Made by a program: the position numbers and the translations under genes
Notes under the pieces: model-generated
Told to the model about the DNA's origin: nothing
What the model saw: only the letters and a program-made list of their open reading frames with translations
The model's database searches: none
Shown here: positions 40,704-47,673 of the stretch, in pieces
Position numbering within the stretch: the first letter of the stretch is position 1
Layout of the letters: the number at the start of each line of letters is the position of its first letter
Virus record (IMG/VR): IMGVR_UViG_3300021426_000063
Span: 1-64,000 of that record
Direction: 5' to 3' (one strand)
From: a virus
Lineage: Duplodnaviria; Caudoviricetes
DNA length: 64,000 nt

Positions 40704-41072
40704 CTAATCTACATTTAGTTTTAATCCATACTTGTTACAAAAAGTATCTATCTTCTCTCTTATATACTTCCCCCATTCTGTCTTGTCCTTTTGAGCATCT
40801 TCCATAGTCCTTAACCTGTTATTATGTCTCTCCCATATCCAACCTCTCAATTCTTCCAATTCATCACAATCCTTGATGAATTCTTCTCTTAATTCAGGTT
40901 TCAATACATCACAGATGAAATGAACAGCACCAGATATGAATGAAATACTATGAAGTTCAACATACCAATTTTCATCAGTATTTTTCTTACTTTCATCCAA
41001 TGTAATGAAATACTCTATATCAAAGAGTGTCTCACCTGGTCTCCTATCACCATAATAAATCTGATATACCAT
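40704..41072 (-). CDS. Hypothetical protein
   Basis: Packed ORF. Confidence 0.65.
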   Translation of the reverse strand: MVYQIYYGDRRPGETLFDIEYFITLDESKKNTDENWYVELHSISFISGAVHFICDVLKPELREEFIKDCDELEELRGWIWERHNNRLRTMEDAQKDKTEWGKYIREKIDTFCNKYGLKLNVD

Positions 41073-41073
41073 A

Positions 41074-41352
41074 CTAATTCTCCTTTTTCTTGTTCATCAA
41101 CATAGAATGAATTTCCTTCTTTACTTCTGCTGCCGCATACTCTGCACCATTGATACCATACTTCTGGAGTTCATCCAGTTGTTCTTTTGTCATCACCAAT
41201 CCAACTTTTCTTGGATTCTTTTCTGCCTTGATGAGTTTCAGGTTGTCACACACAATCCTTGCCAACTCAACCTCAATATCTATACCCCTCTCCTTTAATT
41301 CAGCAACATGCTCTGGGGATGGTAAGAGAATCTCTAATCTATTTTCATCCAT
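41074..41352 (-). CDS. Small protein with two copies of a gp23 capsid motif
   Basis: TKEQLDELQKYGINGAEYAAAEVKKEI aligns with this phage's MCP TREQIQDLKAYGIDAVAQVEAELVNEL; ATG at 41352; promoter at 41377-41388. Confidence 0.65.
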   Translation of the reverse strand: MDENRLEILLPSPEHVAELKERGIDIEVELARIVCDNLKLIKAEKNPRKVGLVMTKEQLDELQKYGINGAEYAAAEVKKEIHSMLMNKKKEN

Positions 41353-41411
41353 AATATTACATACTTTCTTATGATATAAATATAACAAAAAGAGAAACCT
41401 GTTCAGTTTCT

Positions 41412-42131
41412 CTATTTTCCATATTTAACCCTGTTTGATACTATTTCACTCAACTTATGATTACCCTGTCTCATCATCTTATAATCTTCCATAATGCTTT
41501 TTTGTACAGTAACTGTATCCCAATGTTTATTGTACTTTATAACATCATGCTCTTTTATCTTAACAGAACCTCTTGAAAGTCTCATTTTTGATACAACTGA
41601 TGCTTTATCAAGATTGATGAAATAAATAATCATTATTTTATCTTCATTCATAAACTTTTCAAAGTCAGCACCTCGATGATTATAATAAGCATTATAACCA
41701 CCATATAATGGACTATAACTAACCTTAAACTCAACCTGTTCACCAGTTTCTCTATGAATCAAATCTAGTTCCCTGGTTGTTATATCTGTATCATACTTCA
41801 ATTTTTTATTTGTTGCCTTTGGATTTGGCATAAATTGAGGATTATCAATACAGAACAATGCTTCTTGTATATTACCAACAGCACAATCAAGTCTCACTTC
41901 TTCAGGTGTTCTCAATCCACTATCAGCAGCATAAAAGTCTCTTTTACCAATGTATTTTCCATCTTCACCTTTTATAAGTCCACCAGATTGAGTCAATATA
42001 TCATTAAACTCTGTGATCCCAGCACTATTAAGTCTATAATACACATCTGCATATGTGAGACCTTTCTTCTCCAATGCCTCTCCAAACTGAAGAGAATTTC
42101 TTGGAACATCAATATTACTTAATTTATCCAT
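41412..42131 (-). CDS. Hypothetical protein, possible PD-(D/E)XK nuclease fold
   Basis: G..QE...LDLIHRETGEQVEFKVS. Confidence 0.55.
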   Translation of the reverse strand: MDKLSNIDVPRNSLQFGEALEKKGLTYADVYYRLNSAGITEFNDILTQSGGLIKGEDGKYIGKRDFYAADSGLRTPEEVRLDCAVGNIQEALFCIDNPQFMPNPKATNKKLKYDTDITTRELDLIHRETGEQVEFKVSYSPLYGGYNAYYNHRGADFEKFMNEDKIMIIYFINLDKASVVSKMRLSRGSVKIKEHDVIKYNKHWDTVTVQKSIMEDYKMMRQGNHKLSEIVSNRVKYGK

Positions 42132-42133
42132 AA

Positions 42134-42544
42134 TTATTCACTATCTGAATTATCATCTTCTTCATAAACCTCAACCACAGCCTTGTTTAAACCACAGAAG
42201 GTGGTCAAAGTGGTACACACATCCTTACTGGATGATATGACCATATGGGATCCTGGTTTTGGATTTGCCTGGCCATATCCCTGATGGTCAACTATATATC
42301 TTTCAGTTAATTTAATATCACCTTTTTTCACCATATAATCAATTGGGTCATCATATTCTTCAAGGACTGCTGTCATCAAAAATCTGTCTGGTCCATTCCA
42401 TGCTGCAAAATTACTTCGTCCACCTTTTGCATACCAGGCAACAATGGTTCTACAAGTTCCATCCTCACAGGTATTTATTGCTTTCTTTTTCATATCATTT
42501 ATTATACCAACAAACATATGTGAAATCTGGTCTGATAATCCCAT
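42134..42544 (-). CDS. Hypothetical protein
   Basis: Packed ORF; true start may be the MKKK ATG near 42492. Confidence 0.6.
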   Translation of the reverse strand: MGLSDQISHMFVGIINDMKKKAINTCEDGTCRTIVAWYAKGGRSNFAAWNGPDRFLMTAVLEEYDDPIDYMVKKGDIKLTERYIVDHQGYGQANPKPGSHMVISSSKDVCTTLTTFCGLNKAVVEVYEEDDNSDSE

Positions 42545-42896
42545 CTACAAATGCTCTTGGACTGGCCTCTATATTAGACACTTCTTTGTCAGTTGCATAA
42601 TATCCAACACCATCAGAATCCATAATACCACCATATATACAATGGGATTTAAATTCATTAATGGTCATCAGACACTCCTTGTCCAAATCATCCATTGGTT
42701 TCATCTCTGGAGTTTCCTTCATAGACTTTGCTGCATAAAGAGCTTCATTGTCATCCCAATAAGGCTTACACTTCACTCTCCATCTCTCATATGAATTACC
42801 ATCATCAGTATCCCAGATTTCTTTCAATTTCTTGCTATTTTCCTCAATCCTGGATTCTATCTCTTCAAGAGTGAGGTTATTATAATTTCTTACCAT
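42495..42896 (-). CDS. Hypothetical phage protein
   Basis: IMDSDGVGYYAT...YVCWYNK. Confidence 0.7.
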   Translation of the reverse strand: MVRNYNNLTLEEIESRIEENSKKLKEIWDTDDGNSYERWRVKCKPYWDDNEALYAAKSMKETPEMKPMDDLDKECLMTINEFKSHCIYGGIMDSDGVGYYATDKEVSNIEASPRAFVDGIIRPDFTYVCWYNK

Positions 42897-43627
42897 AATT
42901 CTTCTTCTGGTTGTTCAACACTTTCATCTTTTGAATGTTCCACACTCATAGTCTGGATATACCTGTCAGTGACCTCCTGCTTCATATAATACTTTTCAGG
43001 TACATTATCCTCCAACAGGTCTTCAACTGTCTTTTTGAGTGGAATAGGTCTTGGGAACTCATAATAAGGTTCTGGTTCATCATCTGTCTTCAAGATAGAG
43101 ATCATGAAAATCCTCTCCCTGGACTGGGGAACACCATAATCCTTGGCATTGAGAACCTGATGGAAATTGGAATAACCATAAGATTCCAACTCCTTACACC
43201 ACTTCTCAAAGAGATACTTGAACTTATCTGTCACCAGGGCTTTCACATTCTCAAACATCAGATACTTTGGTTTCTTGGCAAGGATAGTCTTCCTACACTC
43301 CCAAAGAAGGGATGACCTGGTACCAGAACCCTCCTCACCACCAGCCTGCTGACCAGCATTCGAGAAATCGGTGCAAGGTGATGAATAAGTAAACAGGTCA
43401 AAATCAGGAACTTGTGACCAGTCAATCTTGGAGATGTCACCATAATTCCTGTCAGCATATTGGGGGAACAGAGCATTATGTGCCTTGATGGCTGCTGGGT
43501 CTATCTCTGACCAGCCTACCAAATCATAATCAATCCCCAGTCTGTTGAGTGCCAGACACTGGGAATCATAACCAGAGAATGCAGTGAACACTCTCAAAGG
43601 ATTTTCTTTTGTATATTTCTTTACCAT
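42890..43627 (-). CDS. C5-cytosine methyltransferase catalytic half (alpha-2: motifs I-VIII)
   Basis: FSGYDSQ, YSSPCTDFS, ENV, PQSRERIF; paralog of 5082-5801; no TRD or motifs IX-X; ATG at 43627. Confidence 0.9.
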   Translation of the reverse strand: MVKKYTKENPLRVFTAFSGYDSQCLALNRLGIDYDLVGWSEIDPAAIKAHNALFPQYADRNYGDISKIDWSQVPDFDLFTYSSPCTDFSNAGQQAGGEEGSGTRSSLLWECRKTILAKKPKYLMFENVKALVTDKFKYLFEKWCKELESYGYSNFHQVLNAKDYGVPQSRERIFMISILKTDDEPEPYYEFPRPIPLKKTVEDLLEDNVPEKYYMKQEVTDRYIQTMSVEHSKDESVEQPEEELW

Positions 43628-43631
43628 AAAC

Positions 43632-43874
43632 CTATTTATTATCAAGTTCTTGCTGCTTCTTTAACTTCTTTTCATCCAACCACTTTTGTATCCTCTCATT
43701 TAATTGTTCTCTTTCTGTCATTATTCTATAATATCCATCCTTTGTACATTTTTCTTTTGGACAATACTTATCATCTTTAAGAGAACAAACATCACATCCT
43801 TTTTCACCAAAACAATCCAATTCCCATTTATATCTAAATCTAAATTTATCTCCAATTATAAAAATATCATCCAT
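43632..43874 (-). CDS. Small Cys-containing hypothetical protein
   Basis: Packed ORF. Confidence 0.6.
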   Translation of the reverse strand: MDDIFIIGDKFRFRYKWELDCFGEKGCDVCSLKDDKYCPKEKCTKDGYYRIMTEREQLNERIQKWLDEKKLKKQQELDNK

Positions 43875-43876
43875 AA

Positions 43877-44593
43877 CTATAACTTAATTTCATCTATTTT
43901 CTCAATCCATTCAGGTCTTATATTATCCATAGTAAAATATGAATCAAACCCTCTTGCATTTGGGTCTTTATAAAGTTTTATATTCTCAACTTTATTGAAA
44001 TCAATCCTGTAAACAGAGTATTCTTTAATCCTCTTTTTATTTAAAAGTGATTTATCAATTTCTTTTTTAAAAACTTGATTCATCATTTTATAGAAAATAG
44101 GTTCATATAATTTTATACATATCCTGTGCAAGAATTCTAAATCACCATTAGACAATAGATAAATTCTATCTGGATATTTGAATCTATAATTTCTACTTCT
44201 TGGTATCAAACCCATTGTCTGAATTTTCTTATCATTGATAGATGGTGTCAGATGATAAAAATATTGTATTTCACCAGATTGTTTTAATTTATCAAATATA
44301 TTTTCTTCATATATCTTCTCATATGTGTAATAATCATCAATATTTTCATCTGCTTGATAATATCCACCAAGTTTCAATACACTTTCAACATCATCAAACA
44401 AATTTTCATCTAATTTCTTACTCACAAGAATATATTCACCATCATCTATATATAATTCAACAGAATCATCATCAAGATTATACTTCTTTTGTATGTATCT
44501 TACAACCTTGTCTGCTGGATATGTCATCAGGAGACCCTCATTCAATGATGTCTCCTGAACAAACTCATCAAAATCCAATACATTCTTTACCAT
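43877..44593 (-). CDS. Putative ADP-ribosyltransferase-fold protein with a capsid-targeting-like leader
   Basis: FYHLT...N...I...GLIP....RIYL...NIRPEWI (Tpt1/DarT-like ART signature); N-terminus VLDFDEFVQETSLNEGL. Confidence 0.55.
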   Translation of the reverse strand: MVKNVLDFDEFVQETSLNEGLLMTYPADKVVRYIQKKYNLDDDSVELYIDDGEYILVSKKLDENLFDDVESVLKLGGYYQADENIDDYYTYEKIYEENIFDKLKQSGEIQYFYHLTPSINDKKIQTMGLIPRSRNYRFKYPDRIYLLSNGDLEFLHRICIKLYEPIFYKMMNQVFKKEIDKSLLNKKRIKEYSVYRIDFNKVENIKLYKDPNARGFDSYFTMDNIRPEWIEKIDEIKL

Positions 44594-44811
44594 AACTGTA
44601 TATCTTTCTTTTTAGGTTCATTCCTGTTGATGAATAACTTGTCAAACATATGTACCATACAATCAACCACAATTGAGTTACCATACATTTTATAAAGTGC
44701 ATTGTCACTCAAATCACAGCTGAGCATAATATCAATATCCTTGTCATCAACTCCCATCAGTCTACCACACTCCCTTGGTGTCATCTTCCTGATTCTGTAG
44801 TACTTCTTCAT
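44587..44811 (-). CDS. C5-MTase C-terminal mini-subunit (beta-0: motifs IX-X only, 74 aa)
   Basis: RIRKMTPRECGRLMGV...LYKMYGNSIVVDCM; ATG at 44811 directly after promoter 44816-44827. Confidence 0.82.
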   Translation of the reverse strand: MKKYYRIRKMTPRECGRLMGVDDKDIDIMLSCDLSDNALYKMYGNSIVVDCMVHMFDKLFINRNEPKKKDIQLW

Positions 44812-44828
44812 ACTATAAATATAACAAA

Positions 44829-45107
44829 TTATTTCCCTGAACATACAAGATAATACCTGTGGAGAAGACCATAAGGTACTTGTTTCCAAAGTACTTTCTC
44901 ATAAATCTTAATACTTGCATCAAGTGCTTCTTTTTCAGTTTCAAAAGAGACAAATCCTTCACCAGTGACAACTTCAATAAAAGTATCAACCTTGTAAGGG
45001 TATAATCTACACATATCACTCAACTTCTCTGGGAAGAAGTCAAGGTCTCGGAGTATCCATCTGTCTCCATACTTATTCACCAGTCTGGCAATAGTTTCTT
45101 TATTCAT
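44829..45107 (-). CDS. Hypothetical protein
   Basis: Packed ORF. Confidence 0.65.
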   Translation of the reverse strand: MNKETIARLVNKYGDRWILRDLDFFPEKLSDMCRLYPYKVDTFIEVVTGEGFVSFETEKEALDASIKIYEKVLWKQVPYGLLHRYYLVCSGK

Positions 45108-45108
45108 A

Positions 45109-45315
45109 TTACTCTACATCAAAATCTAAATTATCAACATCAATATTATTATGATAAAGGACTTGTAAAAACTCATATATACCTGATGAGAAAGAATCCT
45201 TGACATCATCATATCTATATTCCTTATCCTTCCTCAAACTCACTCCAATGCTAAGTCCCCAGGAATAATTTTTCCACTTGTCTTCAATGAATTTGTTTAA
45301 TTTATCATTCTCCAT
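45109..45315 (-). CDS. Hypothetical protein
   Basis: Packed ORF. Confidence 0.6.
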   Translation of the reverse strand: MENDKLNKFIEDKWKNYSWGLSIGVSLRKDKEYRYDDVKDSFSSGIYEFLQVLYHNNIDVDNLDFDVE

Positions 45316-45484
45316 AATTTTCCCAAGTTATTTTTAATTTTGATGGTTTATCCATAACAACAGGTGGATGTTGTTTCAGTACCTTTATGAGTTGATCAAC
45401 AGCATTGGATGCAGTCATCATCCAACAAGTAGTCTCTCTTCTCAACAACAAACATATTGTCTTCCTTTCTTCTTGTGTCAACAT
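45305..45484 (-). CDS. Small hypothetical protein (59 aa)
   Basis: Hand-translated MLTQEERKTICLLLRRETTCWMMTASNAVDQLIKVLKQHPP... Confidence 0.55.
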   Translation of the reverse strand: MLTQEERKTICLLLRRETTCWMMTASNAVDQLIKVLKQHPPVVMDKPSKLKITWENYGE

Positions 45485-45486
45485 AT

Positions 45487-45831
45487 CTAAAACAATTTTA
45501 TTTCTTCTTTTGGTTTCCTTTCTTCATAAAAGAGTTCCCTGAATATCTCTGTCATCACATCAACAACAATGGAGTTTCCAAAGAGGGAATTGACCACACC
45601 TGGTGCAAGGACACCTGTCATCTTGTCAATATCAGAATCATCCACTCCCATCAGTCTCCCAATCTCCTTGGTTGTCATCTTCCTGATTCTTCCATTATCA
45701 AGTATTTTGAGATAACTGTTTGTGTTGTTATGCTGACCCACACAGATACAACGGCAGACCCCATCGGTGTACATCACTGTATCCTGCTGATGTGGACCAA
45801 CCTTGACTATGTGTATATCATTGTTTAGCAT
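45487..45831 (-). CDS. C5-MTase C-terminal half (beta-2: TRD plus motifs IX-X)
   Basis: TRD-like HQQDTVMYTDGVCRCI; RIRKMTTKEIGRLMGV; SLFGNSIVVDVM. Confidence 0.85.
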   Translation of the reverse strand: MLNNDIHIVKVGPHQQDTVMYTDGVCRCICVGQHNNTNSYLKILDNGRIRKMTTKEIGRLMGVDDSDIDKMTGVLAPGVVNSLFGNSIVVDVMTEIFRELFYEERKPKEEIKLF

Positions 45832-46339
45832 CTACCAAACCTTTATCAACAAAACCCTTTACTATATTGTCTATCTTGTTCTGCCTGTGTTCATGAAGGT
45901 CAAGATTGTCACTTACAAACTTATAGGAAATAATATGTTCAAATCCAAGAGCCCTTATATATGCCAACTCCATATCAAACAGACAATCCTTTTCCTCTGT
46001 CTGTGTAACAAAGTCTGTACTTGTAAGACATTTCTTTATTTCAAGAGTTGTATCATTATCAATCCAACCAATAAAAGGGATATCCTGAAGTTTTTCATTA
46101 TATTCAACATTGGGATGATAAAGACCAACCTGACTTACAGCATAGAACTTACCTATTTCCAGGTCTTTACTTCCTGCATAACCAATATTTACAATCTCTG
46201 TATCTCTTGGAATATCCTTAAGGGCATCAATGACATTCATCGCCCCAACACCTGTAATAAGAACTGGTCTGTGTCCATAACCAAGTTTCTTGACCAGTTT
46301 CATTTCTTCTGCTTCTGCAATTACTACTAATTTCTTCAT
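45818..46339 (-). CDS. MTA/SAH nucleosidase-like protein (PNP/UDP superfamily)
   Basis: ITGVGAMN, VNIGYAGS, TSTDFV, FDMELA, KFVSDN. Confidence 0.72.
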   Translation of the reverse strand: MKKLVVIAEAEEMKLVKKLGYGHRPVLITGVGAMNVIDALKDIPRDTEIVNIGYAGSKDLEIGKFYAVSQVGLYHPNVEYNEKLQDIPFIGWIDNDTTLEIKKCLTSTDFVTQTEEKDCLFDMELAYIRALGFEHIISYKFVSDNLDLHEHRQNKIDNIVKGFVDKGLVDAKQ

Positions 46340-46348
46340 ACTTTTAAT

Positions 46349-46564
46349 CTATGTAATGTCAACAATTTCAAACTCATCCAAAAATGATTGTTTCTCCCGG
46401 GCAAAACAGTTGTACTCATTCTCATACAATGGTGCATATAAAATTGCATCAACCCAACCATTTGCTGAATCTTTTATTCTCATATTACATTCAACAATCT
46501 TATATTGTCTGTTGTACTTTACATGAACAACAACAAGTCCATTCTTCAATTCTTCTGATTTCAT
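46349..46564 (-). CDS. DUF1653-like protein
   Basis: H.K....Y......W..AILY......FARE..SF..EF. Confidence 0.6.
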   Translation of the reverse strand: MKSEELKNGLVVVHVKYNRQYKIVECNMRIKDSANGWVDAILYAPLYENEYNCFAREKQSFLDEFEIVDIT

Positions 46565-46878
46565 AAATTATTTGTTTCAATGAATACTATATCTTTACTT
46601 TCAAACAAAATATCATTTATCTTTCCACACACACCATCTTCAACATTCTTCCTCTCTCCTTTAACAATCTTGAATATTGGATTGGCATCTATCCTGGACC
46701 AGGTAACATATTCTACCTCACATTCATTCTCTGTTCCTTTATTGAACACAATGGTCTTATCTTTTGGCCAAGTCTTCTGTATTTTTCTCAAAAAACCATA
46801 CCAAAATTCATCATCTGATTGTTTCCACATATCCATCAGATTGTTGCACTTACACTTAAAATATACTATATTATCCAT
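46561..46878 (-). CDS. Hypothetical protein
   Basis: Packed ORF. Confidence 0.65.
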   Translation of the reverse strand: MDNIVYFKCKCNNLMDMWKQSDDEFWYGFLRKIQKTWPKDKTIVFNKGTENECEVEYVTWSRIDANPIFKIVKGERKNVEDGVCGKINDILFESKDIVFIETNNL

Positions 46879-46880
46879 AA

Positions 46881-47414
46881 TTAAAACAATGGTATTTCTG
46901 GATTCTTTCTTTCACTAAATAAATTTCTGAACATCTCTGTCATCACATTCACCACAATGGAATTGCCGGCAAGTTTCTTTCTGAATTTTGAAGGTACTGC
47001 ATCAATTATCTTCTGTGTATCTTCTGGATCCACATCCATCAGTCTGAATGCCTCCCTGTCAGTTAACTCTCTCACCTTGTAGTTCCTGTCCCAGACATAA
47101 TTGTCCATTGAGAAGGTGGTGAGAGTGTTGGAATATCCATCTCCCGTTGGTTCAGCATAGACCCCCTTTCCAAACTTCTTTCCTGCATCACCAAACCTGT
47201 GTCTCCTCAACTTCTCCTCTTCAGTTCTTTTCTGCTTCAATATCTGTGGTGGTTTCAATCCATCAGCAAAGAGATAAACATCATCACCAACCACCTTACA
47301 CATCATAGGAAGAGTAGTCCTGAGATACTTCCTTTTCTCCCAGTCCTTCTTTTTGAAATAGAGTTCTTCTGGAACATCTTTCTCAATTATCTCTTCCAGT
47401 GTGGTTTGCTTCAT
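46881..47414 (-). CDS. C5-MTase C-terminal half (beta-3: TRD plus motifs IX-X)
   Basis: TRD-like PTGDGYSNTLTTFSMDNYV; KVRELTDREAFRLMDV; KLAGNSIVVNVM. Confidence 0.85.
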   Translation of the reverse strand: MKQTTLEEIIEKDVPEELYFKKKDWEKRKYLRTTLPMMCKVVGDDVYLFADGLKPPQILKQKRTEEEKLRRHRFGDAGKKFGKGVYAEPTGDGYSNTLTTFSMDNYVWDRNYKVRELTDREAFRLMDVDPEDTQKIIDAVPSKFRKKLAGNSIVVNVMTEMFRNLFSERKNPEIPLF

Positions 47415-47673
47415 ATTCTTCTTTATCCATTAACATTCTCACAACATCTCTCCACCATTCATAATATTGCTTATTTTCATAACTCATATCATCCATATAA
47501 GTATTCCAAGCAATATAACACATATCCCTTGCTTCATCCAATTCTGTTTTGTCTTCTGTCAATAATCTGATATATTCTGCATATTCCTCCTTATTCAAAA
47601 ACAATGGAAAAAAGATTCTCTTATACCATTTAAGACCTTTCTTGAATGATATATATTCTAAATAGGTTGCCAT
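47383..47673 (-). CDS. Hypothetical protein
   Basis: Packed ORF. Confidence 0.6.
   Translation of the reverse strand: MATYLEYISFKKGLKWYKRIFFPLFLNKEEYAEYIRLLTEDKTELDEARDMCYIAWNTYMDDMSYENKQYYEWWRDVVRMLMDKEEYEANHTGRDN

Noticed and set aside
42890-47414. Shufflon or recombinational joining of beta cassettes to the alpha gene
   Set aside because: Beta-3 begins with a segment similar in protein to the alpha-2 end (TLEEIIEKDVPE vs TVEDLLEDNVPE), but I see no shared nucleotide repeat, no inverted repeats and no recombinase gene in the window.
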